Part shown: in pieces, positions 26,979 to 36,890 of the stretch | Position numbering within the stretch: position 1 is the first letter of the stretch | Layout of the letters: every line of letters begins with the position of its first letter | NCBI GenBank assembly: GCA_964252035.1 | Contig: OZ176205.1 | Strand: one strand, 5' to 3' | DNA: 64,000 nt | Origin: Podarcis erhardii | Lineage: Eukaryota | The notes under the pieces: generated by a model | Told to the model about the DNA's origin: nothing | Database searches by the model: none | The model's input: the letters and a program-made list of their open reading frames with translations, nothing else | Program-made: the position numbers and the translations under genes

Positions 26979-27358
26979 AGGGAATGAGGATGGTGCTATG
27001 GTCTAAAGCACCGAGCTTCTTGGGTTTGCTGATCAAAAGGTCAACAATTAGAATCTGTGCAAAGGAGTGAGCTCCCATTGCTCTGTTCCAGCTCCTGTCA
27101 ACCTAGCAGTTCGAAAGCATACCAGCACAAGTAGATAAATAGGTACCGTTGTGGCGGGAAGGTAACCTGCATTTCCATGTGCTCTGGCATTCTTCACAGT
27201 GCTCCGTGAGCCAGAAGCAGTTTAGTCATGCTGGCCAGATGACCCGGAAAAGCTGTCTGCGGAAAAAGCCGGCACCCTAGGCTTGAAAGTGGAGATGGGC
27301 GCTGCACCCCATAGTCAAATTTGATTGGACTTAACCATCCAGGGATCCTTTACCTTTT
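26979..27358 (+). mobile_element. Sauria SINE, older diverged copy
   Basis: Same core (CCTAGCAGTTCGAAAGCA, AAGTAGATAAATAGGTACC, TTAGTCATGCTGGCC, CCTTTACCTTT) with more substitutions. Confidence 0.85.
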
Positions 27359-28325
27359 CCTAAACCTTTCCTCAGCACTGGCATAGTGGTTCAACAAGCC
27401 TGAATGTGGGAAGAAGGGCTCTGAGCATTTGAAACACTCCAAAGCACTGTGTAGGACAAAGGTGAAGAACTTAAGCTCTTGTCAGGAATTTAGAGGTAAC
27501 CTTTTAAAAATTGCAACAGGAGTAGTGGTTCTAAAGGCTTTGAAAAGCAGGACATGTTATTTTTTTGTTGGCCAGTTCTTTTAAAATGGCCTCTTTCTGC
27601 TCTTTTAACAATAAGTTGCTAAATCAGCTCTGATTCTGAACCAAGATGGGAGACCTTAGATCCAGTTTTGTGGATCTGAAAATAAATGCTGAACTAGATG
27701 AGACAGAGGAGTTTTATGATCACTAAAAAAAAAAAAAAGGAGCTCTGTTAAGGGACAGAGCAGTGAAGGGCTAATAGCTCCACCCTGTAGCAGCTTTAGG
27801 GGTTAGACAGGATTAAGAGTGGGGGCCATGTGGGAAGGTTAAACCCTCTCCAATCCCAGCCTTGTGTCTACAGCCGACTTTGACCTGCTGTCCAGCACTG
27901 AAGAAAACCATGATGGGCGGGGGGCAGTCTGACCACAGGTCTTCCATTGTCTTGTATAATTTGATTCCAAGATGGTAACTGTATGGGTTTTTTTTCCTGG
28001 ACATTAAAAAGAACAGGGGACTAATTATGCAACAGCAAGCACAGGAAGTGGAGTTGGAGCACTCATGGAAGGGAATTGCCACTACAGTCCTATCTCCTAA
28101 AGAGAATATCAACCTATTCTGTGAATTAGCAATTTACTCTGGACTGGTGTTTGCATGTTTCAGCGTATAAAGTAGAACTGAGGTGGGTGGGGCTAGTTTG
28201 GGTCAATTGCCTCCAATTCATTAGCCACTTCAGTAGCAAAGGTAAGAAAGATGTATGGGTCTGATCCTTCCCTGCCCCACGTCCAAAGAAGGACATTAGA
28301 TGACTTTTATTTTAATAACACATCT

Positions 28326-28327
<2 letters not shown>

Positions 28328-28378
<51 letters not shown>
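28328..28378. repeat. (GT)n(AT)n compound microsatellite at the left end of the Penelope insertion
   Basis: Read directly. A matching (AT)n run lies at 29695-29717. Confidence 0.95.
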
Positions 28379-28379
<1 letters not shown>

Positions 28380-28427
28380 GCAGGTTTTGGTGTCCTCGGG
28401 TGTCTTCCCGTGTAAAAGTTGGGGTGT

Positions 28428-28472
28428 CTAGGCGACGTTTCGACGAGGTCTCACTCGTCATCTTCAGGCTGG
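28428..28472 (-). ncRNA. Minimal hammerhead ribozyme motif (antisense copy in PLE left arm)
   Basis: Exact reverse complement of the motif at 29572-29616. Confidence 0.6.
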
Positions 28473-29571
28473 TGCTTTCGGCTTCTTGTTACTGGAACAG
28501 AGCAGGATCTCAGTGTTTGAGTTCCTATAAATACTGTAGAGGGGGTGTGGTGTATAGCCTCCAATGTTCTGGGCAGAGAGGAAGTTCCCAGGCTAGTGTG
28601 CCTTTTCTTCTTTTGTTCCTTAATTACTTGAGAGATATCTTGAGTGATTTCTTGAGTGATATCCTGAGTACCACTTAGGTGGGTCATTAGGTGTGGATTA
28701 GTTGTTAAAGTCTTTGTGTCTTGACCTCTTGAACTTTGTGAAGAGTTTTCCTGAGAAGATGGCTGTACTGTACTTAGTTGTGCTCTGGCTTGGCTTCGTG
28801 TATAGGGGCGAGCTGTGGTTTTGTGGCTTGTGTCAGCCAGATCTGTGTAGGGATTGCAGGGGGGTGCAGCATCCGGAGGTGCCACCATGGATTGGCTACT
28901 GGATGGTGTCTGTAATTCATCTGTGGAGAGGGTCTGGGAATAATCATGGAAGCCATCGAGATAGAGAAACACCCTCACAACATGAACAAGCGTGACGACA
29001 CATCCCGCTTGCCAGACATCTGGAAATTAGCCCTCCCCACAAAAACTGACACCAGATCCAGAGGCACACAGAACGCCAACACCAATCAACCACACCAGAC
29101 CCAAACCCAGACCCTCTCCACAGATGAATTACAGACACCATCCAGTAGCCAATCCATGGTGGCACCTCCGGATGCTGCACCCCCCTGCAATCCCTACACA
29201 GATCTGGCTGACACAAGCCACAAAACCACAGCTCGCCCCTATACACGAAGCCAAGCCAGAGCACAACTAAGTACAGTACAGCCATCTTCTCAGGAAAACT
29301 CTTCACAAAGTTCAAGAGGTCAAGACACAAAGACTTTAACAACTAATCCACACCTAATGACCCACCTAAGTGGTACTCAGGATATCACTCAAGAAATCAC
29401 TCAAGATATCTCTCAAGTAATTAAGGAACAAAAGAAGAAAAGGCACACTAGCCTGGGAACTTCCTCTCTGCCCAGAACATTGGAGGCTATACACCACACC
29501 CCCTCTACAGTATTTATAGGAACTCAAACACTGAGATCCTGCTCTGTTCCAGTAACAAGAAGCCGAAAGCA

Positions 29572-29616
29572 CCAGCCTGAAGATGACGAGTGAGACCTCG
29601 TCGAAACGTCGCCTAG
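29572..29616 (+). ncRNA. Minimal type I hammerhead ribozyme motif
   Basis: CUGAAGA(U), stem II GACGAG/UGAGAC/CUCGUC, GAAA-C-G-UC. Predicted cleavage after 29610. Stem I has only ~2 immediate base pairs. Confidence 0.65.
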
Positions 29617-30879
29617 ACACCCCAACTTTTACACGGGAAGACACCCGAGGACACCAAAACCTGCATTCCTGTACCCGTGAAAATCTACGAAAGCATATAT
29701 ATATATATATATATATAGGCTGTTTGCACAATTTAAATCAGTTGCGCAGGCATTATATGAGTTTTGCTTTGCATTTTCCTGTTTGGCTCCACTGATCAAG
29801 GCCTTTGCTACTCTTAGCCACCTCCACAATCTGTACTTTACTGTTGACATTTGTGTAATTTAAGAAATTTAAAAGGGCAGCTTTCCTCCTGGCATTGCTT
29901 TCCCGAATTGTGTCCAATAGCTGCTGAAGAGCATCTGAGCATCTGTTAGCTTGTGTTGTTGTTTTTCTCCATCAACAGATTGGGCCTGATGGATAGGTGC
30001 TCACCACCCTCCTTTCCCTCCTCCCCTTCCATTTCTTTTATAGCCCTAAGAAGCTGTCATTTACGTTGAAGCAGGATTGTTAAATAGCCCCCACCCCATT
30101 CCTGATTGATGGAGGCTTGAAATATACCATGTTAACAATGGAGGAGAAGCAGAAAAAGGAGAGATTGACTCACTCATTGCCATGAAAAGTGGCAGATTGG
30201 CTTTTTCAAAGATGACTCTCTAACTTCGCCTCCACCCCACCCCCCTCCATCTCCTCATTCTTCGTCTTCTGTCTCCCCAACTCCCTCTGCTCTCAAATGT
30301 TAAATTATTACACAGGGGGAAATAATCTATTACACTTGGTCTATAGAGGCTCTCACGTACCAGTGGCTGGCTATCGTACTGGCATTAATCAGTTAAGAGA
30401 CGCCAAAGAGCAAAAATGAGATGCTTGCCCACAGGCGCTCTCATTGTTTACCAGTCAGCCATAAATATTGACTCATAAATATGCAGGCCTCCTCTTAAGT
30501 GAAAAAGTGAAATGACAGGTTCAGGAGACGAGGGGATTTGCGAGCGGGACAGAGTCGAGATTGTGCAGCCTTTTAGGCACCAACTAGATGTGAGGGTGGA
30601 AGGATGTGATTTGAAGTTAATTATGGGCAGACAGGGGAAGGAAGCTGACATCCCTCTCCCCACTGTGCAAGAAATTAAAAATAGTATCAGGGATGCAGGG
30701 AAGCCTGGGCAAAGGGAGGGTATGGCGTCTTCTTCCCTCTGACTCATATTACATATTAAATTGCCACTTCATCCTGTGCAAGGAATGAATTGCATGGAAG
30801 CTTCTTTCTTCTTTCTCCTCTTTTCTTTAACAAAAAGAAAAATGACCGGAAAATCTGGTTTTCGTTGGGAGGACACCTT

Positions 30880-31565
30880 TCCTTTTTTTACATATAATTT
30901 TTTATTAATTTTCCAACACAATTGTACAATTTTATCCAAATTTTAACAAATTATTCCTTTTGAACTTCCTTCAGCTTCTCTGGTAATCGTCCGTAATTAC
31001 TCTTCAATACGCATTCCCTTCATTGTAGTGCCATTTGTCTTCCCTCCCCTTTCTATTTCTTTTTAACAATACATCTTAAACTTTTACAGTGCTTCTTGAA
31101 ACCCCACTAGCATTGTTTGCACATCACATACATTTTTCAGATAATCTACAAACTTTCCCCAATCTTCGATGAACTTTTGGTTTCGAATATAGCTTATTTT
31201 CCCAGTCAGTTTATCCAGTTCCGCATAGTCCGTCAATTTCATTCTCCATTCTTGTATCGTCGGTATTTCCTCTTGTTTCCATTTCTGGGCCAATAAAATT
31301 CTTGCTGCTGTAACTGCATACTGGAAAAGTTTACAGTCTTTTCTTCTTATTTCTTTTCCTGTAATCCCTAACAGAAAAATTCCTGGTTTCTTAACAAAGG
31401 TATATTTTAACATCTTTTTCAATTCATTATATATCGCTTCCCAGAAACTCTTCACTTTCTTACATTCCCACCACATATGATAAAATGTTCCCTCTTTTTC
31501 TTTACATTTCCAACACTTATTACATGTTTTGTACATTTTTGCAAGTTTTACCGGTGTAATGTACC
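30880..31565 (-). mobile_element. L1-clade LINE 3' fragment (different subfamily from 18853-20343)
   Basis: ORF 31084..31536 contains the CCHC knuckle CWKCKEKEGTFYHMWWEC. The 3'UTR with AATAAA/A-rich tail lies at ~30880-30905. No TSD found. Confidence 0.88.
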
Positions 31566-32765
31566 CACTAGCATCTAGACAGTAGACTGAAAAGGTGCCT
31601 GATCACTCTTCCCCACAATTGTGAGGTGTATTCTGGTAATTATTTCTAAATTTGCATCTATGACTATCAATTTGCATGTACAAATTCCATGCAAATCTTT
31701 GACCTCTTTTTGGGCGTTGCCCAGGTAGTCACCCTAGTTCTTGCTGTGTGTAGATACATTCACCTTTAAATTTAAAATGAATACATACAGTTGGGAAATG
31801 GCCACTTTTTTAGGTTGCAAGTCTATTCTGGATAGCAGGCCCCATTGAACTTAATGGGACTTTCTTCTGAGTAAACATGCCTACAGTTGCACTGTTTAAA
31901 TACCACTTTGGCAGCAGACTTAGAGGTGAGCCAGCCAGAATCAAGTGCTGAAACTCTGGTGGTCAAGCGATCAGTTTTGATGCAGTGCCAACATTTCCAT
32001 GAAAGAGAATGGCACATGAAAGCAGAGAAGGCGAGAAGATAAATTAGAACAGAAGAACATGGTCCAGGATGAAAAATACATCTGGCATTTCTGTTCATTG
32101 AGGGTACACAACATTTCTGCAATGCCATTGCTAGGGTTCTGTGTTACCCGAGTTCTAATAGTCAGGAATTCCTCGCATGAGATCTCCAGTCCTTCAGCTA
32201 CTGTAGCAGAGCCTGCCGTGCTTCTTTCAGGTTTGTAGTGGAGCAATAAATGGATATAAATTCCCTCGGCGAGATTGAGGTGGGGTGAGAGAAAATATGT
32301 TCCTCCTACTGCAGTGCAGTGGATTCTTTGAATCTTTAGAGCTTCCTTTGGGGACACCTTAGGCATGCACACATGAGTCCAGTATAGGATTGATGTATCC
32401 CAATTTTTCTCCCTCTCCTTGCTGTCCTGCCCAGAATCTGGAGTGGCCTGATTTGCATGTGCAAATGGACTGCTAACTCTTCAGATCAGAAACATTAACT
32501 GGGGTATTTTCTGTGACCTGCTTTTTGTTTTTTCTTGGCATTTGTCCCAGACCTTTGGGGAAGGATAGATGGACCTGATCTCATGACAGGAAAAAAGTGT
32601 GTTCTTGGGTTTTGCATGCTCTTTGGAATTATTATGATGCTTTCTGATGACAAAACTAGAATAAGAAATTGAGATGTGTGTACTATTTTGACTCTGCGAA
32701 AGCCCTGTTGATCGTGTACCAATTTTTGCATGCATTCCTTAAGGTTTACATTTGTAGTCATGTTC

Positions 32766-32794
32766 TTTAGTATATGTGCTGCCGAAGCGAGCAC
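32766..32794 (-). pseudogene. RNU6: U6 snRNA nt 1-29 retrocopy (3'-truncated)
   Basis: The reverse complement is GTGCTCGCTTCGGCAGCACATATACTAAA, the U6 5' end. 18-bp direct repeats ACATTTGTAGTCATGTTC flank it at 32748-32765 and 32796-32813. Confidence 0.93.
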
Positions 32795-32952
32795 AACATT
32801 TGTAGTCATGTTCATGCAGGATTTAAAGCACTTGGATGTGACTTGTTCTCAGTCTATTAATGATGCTTTTTGACTTCAAAACCTAAGTGCAAGTGGTAGA
32901 ATTAGGACTATGCCACTAGATGCATGTTCCTCTGAGGTACTAACCACAACTA

Positions 32953-33279
32953 CAGTGGTGCCCCGCAAGACGAATGCCTCGCAAGACGGAAAACCCGCTA
33001 GACGAAAGGGTTTTCCGTTTTGGAGGCGCTTCGCAAAACGAATTTCCCTATGGGCTTGCTTCGCAAGACGAAAATGTCTTGCGAGTTCCTGCGGGGTTTT
33101 TCCCCCTCCCCCCCTTTTCCTAAGCCCTAAGCCGCTTATCAGCTGATCCGCTAAAAGCCGCTAAACCGCTAATAGCGCTAATCCGCTAAGCTGTCAATGG
33201 GCTTGCTTCGCAAGACGAAAAAACCGCTATACGAAGAGCCTCATGGAACGGATTAATTTCGTCTTGCGAGGCACCACTG
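32953..33279 (+). mobile_element. Tc1/mariner-type MITE, copy 1
   Basis: TIRs CAGTGGTGCCCCGCAAGACGAA / TTCGTCTTGCGAGGCACCACTG with TA duplicated on both sides. Internal CCGCTAA-type mini-repeats. Strand label is arbitrary. Confidence 0.92.
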
Positions 33280-33580
33280 TAATTGTGTTCATTTTATCTA
33301 ATTATAAATATGTGGCTAGTGAAGAAGATTCAGAGTTGGAACATGTTTGGCTGCTTCATTATTAAGGAGCACTTGTTGTGACATGCTTCATTGGGCATTG
33401 GGCCTTCATAAGGTTATAAGAGTGCAGTTTTAATAATCTATTTTTTTGAAAAAAATGAGCTGAAATAAACAAATGCTTCCATGCCTACTTCATCATATGT
33501 AAGAAGCTATTTCTCAGTGTCGTTCTTAGTACTCTGTCAAATAGTGTAGAGCAATTATCATTGTGCCTATATTTTTTCAG

Positions 33581-33601
33581 TGACCCTCAAGAGTAGCCAA
33601 G
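33581..33601 (+). other. SYT2: SYT2 5'UTR part of the first coding exon
   Basis: Acceptor ATTTTTTCAG ends at 33580. ATG at 33602 has A at -3. This implies a non-coding exon further upstream. Confidence 0.8.
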
Positions 33602-33812
33602 ATGACTTGGAACCTCTTCAAGAAGAAGCCCCAGCCGGAGCCCATCATAGCTGTTACCCCGGGCACTGCGGCACCCCATATTCCTACCACAACAGTGGCA
33701 CCAGCAGTGTCAATGGACAACACAACACAGCCTTCAGGCCCAGTAGAGAGCCAGGAGGATGTCTTTGCCAAGATTAAAGAAAAGTTCATGAATGAGATAA
33801 ACAAGATTCCCT
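33602..33812 (+). CDS. SYT2: Synaptotagmin-2 coding exon 1 (luminal domain)
   Basis: MTWNLFKKK...DNTT...ESQEDVFAKIKEKFMNEINKIP matches the SYT2 N-terminus (human ESQEDMFAKLKEKLFNEINKIP). Donor CT/GTAAGT, 211 nt, phase 1. Confidence 0.95.
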
Positions 33813-34981
33813 GTAAGTAGCTTGCATATGCTGCCCCTTTTTTGGAGACTTCGCAGAAATGTTCTGCTTGCTCCATCACTGCAGTTTCTAAACCTGTTTG
33901 TAGAATGCAAAGGACTGGGCTGGCACCAAGCCTGAATTCCCTCTTGGCAAAAGACTACTTGTGGGCAATTAACTACTTGTGGGATAAATGACAATGACGT
34001 ATACTCAGGACATCATTGTGGTACAGGCCAAAGTGTTTAAGGCTTTGCAACGTTGTAGGTGCTTTGTGGGCTGAACACAAGGGTTAAAATGGGCACCTGA
34101 TGTCATTGCAACATCAGGTGTTGGAGAGGTCAAGTTTGGCCCACTGGGGGTTGAGGAGATGATGTTCTGGCCCTCAGACCAGATCCAGTTCCCCACCCTT
34201 GCTCTAGGTATTGTTGGACTGCAATTCCTATCATTCATGACCATTGACCGTGTTGGTTGCAGATGACGGGAACTGGAGTCTTAACAGCACCTGGAGAACC
34301 ACAAGTTCCTCATCCCTGACTTAGTCAACCTTATTCAGGAGCATTACTGAATGGTTTTCTGCTTTAAAAAAAGAGCTTTATTGAAAAATGTGTGGTTTGT
34401 GGAAGGAAAGAGACTAAGAAAATAATTGTGTTTTTAAAAAAGAAAAAGAGATAGAAAATACGCTCTATATTTAAAGGAAAGCATATTGATTTCTAGCCTT
34501 TAAGAAGCCACCTGGAAGGATGAGACTCATGACAGAACTGTTGACAGGAAATGTTCATACATAGCATTTTCATAGGATAGGAATGGTCATTGCTGCATAG
34601 GGCTGCCCCTGTATTCAGGTCAACATCTGAAAATGCATGGTCAAAAGTGCAGCAGGTGGGGATGGTGTCTTTTAAGTCATGGCATCTAAATAATGGAATG
34701 CCTGTCAGCATGCAGCAAAAGGTCGTGCATTTTAGCAAGCATTGCAAATTATTACTTTTAGTTTTATGCTTTTTTAAAAAAATAAAAAATGGAGGCGACT
34801 TTAGAAGTGGTGCTGGTGGGAATCCTGCACCCAACAATCAGGGTACAAGTTAATTACCCTTGGAATAACTAAATACATTTCCTGGGTTGTGAGTAGTGTG
34901 ACCTATACTTGCATTTCAGGCACTCGGCCATCCCAATAAATTCCGCTATAACTGTGCAATGAGAGTGTTTTGTATTTTCAG

Positions 34982-35142
34982 TGCCGCCTTGGGCCCTGAT
35001 TGCCATTGCTGTAGTTGCTGGGCTGCTGATCCTCACCTGTTGCTTTTGCATCTGCAAGAAATGCTGCTGCAAGAAGAAGAAGAACAAGAAGGACAAAAAG
35101 GGGATGAAAAACGCAATGAACATGAAAGACATGAAAGGCCAG
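34982..35142 (+). CDS. SYT2: Synaptotagmin-2 coding exon 2 (TM, Cys cluster, polybasic juxtamembrane)
   Basis: [56 protein letters not shown] acceptor ends at 34981 and GT starts at 35143; 161 nt restores phase 0. Confidence 0.97.
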
Positions 35143-36689
35143 GTAAAATGACACCTCCTGGGAGAGGATGCTGCAGTTAGCATGATGCGGTGAGGACTTG
35201 CTTGTGCTTTTGGCGGGATGAAAATCAGATGTACAAGCAAAGAGCTCAGTTCTTTATTATGCAGGGAGTGCATGAATGCCCCAACCAGGTAGGGCCAGCA
35301 GTGAGATTTGAAATTGGCCCTTCATTGCTTGTAGCAGCAGCAGCCTTAAGATAAAAGATTGACCATCAAAATGCAAGCCTTGATATTAGTCAGGGTAGTT
35401 TGCAACCCAACACTAAAACCTGTCTGTGTAGAATTAAAGCTCACAGAGTTCCTCTTTGGTAAGTAAATGCTACGAGAACTTACCTGCATCAAACAGAAGA
35501 CCAGTAGCTGTTAGAGAACACTCAGGATCAAGATATCCAGCCTTTCTGGTCCATAAAAATATACATATGCTGGCTGGTAATAAAAAAAAAAAGGAAAAAG
35601 CATTATGCTTCTCATGTGAGTATGTTTTTAATGGGCAGATCCTTAGTTATAATGTATATTCCAGCTTTTCTAGGAAATTCCGTTGGGCAAACCCTACTGG
35701 ACATGAATGGGAACTACGCAAGACTTAGAGTAGTGGATAATATTCTGTTTAAAAGGGGGAAGTTAAGTAGATTATGGTTCTATCAGCATCATGGTATTTT
35801 GTAGTAGATTTTCCTGTGAGCCTTATCTACAGCCTGCAATGCACTAGAAGTCAATGGAAGGTAGGAATACATACCTTTTCTCCCACCAGCAATGGTGACT
35901 TCTCTTGCCTAGTACCTGCAGATGAAAAATATTAAAGGCCACAAATGCACTAGAGGATCTGAAAGGGTGTTGCTCCCAGGAAGTAATGTGTACAAAACAG
36001 TCAATAAATCCCAGCTCATAAAAGTGTCTGGTGCAGCGTCCCACCTGATGCCACCATCACACCAATTCCCCCCCGCTTCTTACTGCTCAGGGTTATAATG
36101 TTTCCTTTGCTGGCAGCAATCAAACTAACTCAGCAGCAAATCCCATTAGCAGTTAAAGATAGACAAACCTGTGAAACTTTGGAAGGTTTTATGGGCACTA
36201 AATTCTTCTCCCATATTGGAGACTTTTGATTTGGTAACTTGGGTAGCAGGCTCAGAAATGGGACTTTTATAGCCCATATTGCTGGAACTCTTTCTCTCTC
36301 TGTTAATGAGGCTATTTGCATGAGGTGCTTTAATGAAGCACAGCCCAGAGGTGCCTAGTCATCCAGATCCCTCTGCTGTGTGCTGAGATTCTGCATGTAA
36401 TGAAGGGAGGGTGGAGAAGAGATGTCACAAAGCTTTCCTCATGATTCTCTGCCTTGAGTCACTTCTCTTGCCAAATCCAACAGTGGAAGATTTGGATGTC
36501 ATTAACTGCTTGTGTTTCCAGAGACACTGGAAAATGAGGAAAGCTGGGCCAAGGCTAAACAGTTAAATTCCTTGAGGCATTTCAGCATTGTTGGTAGCAG
36601 GACCCAGAAAATGTATGCAAAACCAAGATAACAAATTACTAAGACAACACCCACTTCCTTGCAACTAGGCAGTCTGGAATAATGGGAAG

Positions 36690-36890
36690 GACATAGCTCA
36701 GTAAAAGAGTGTGCATGCTTTGCATGTAGAACATCCCAGGTTTGATCCCCAGCATGTTCACTTAAAAAAAAGGATTGGGTAGCAGGCAATGAGAAAGATA
36801 TCTGTCTGAGACATTGGAGAGCTGCTGTCAGGCAGGGGACTAGGATAGATGGGGAAATAATCTGACCAGGTATAAATTGCCTTCCTAATA
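36690..36890 (+). mobile_element. tRNA-derived squamate SINE remnant
   Basis: A-box-like AGCTCAGT, B-box-like GGTTTGATCCCCAGCA, body GAGACATTGGAGAGCTGCTGTCAG...GTATAA. Decayed. Confidence 0.55.

Larger units (their letters stand above)
28378..29694 (+). mobile_element. Penelope-like element (PLE) 3' end with inverted 5' pseudo-LTR
   Basis: The spacer encodes EAIEIEKHPHNMNKRDDTSRLPDIWK, which resembles the GIY-YIG endonuclease C-terminus. Arms 28378-28938 and 29106-29666 are reverse complements. Each arm has a hammerhead motif, and the element sits in an AT microsatellite. Confidence 0.85.

Noticed and set aside
28328-29731. Several 100-215 aa ORFs on both strands with identical segments
   Set aside because: Mirror translations of the PLE inverted repeat. 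Only the short GIY-YIG tail is protein-derived.
1-33580. SYT2 promoter, CpG island or exon 1
   Set aside because: No CpG-rich island or convincing first exon is visible. CpG-rich spots are all young TEs.
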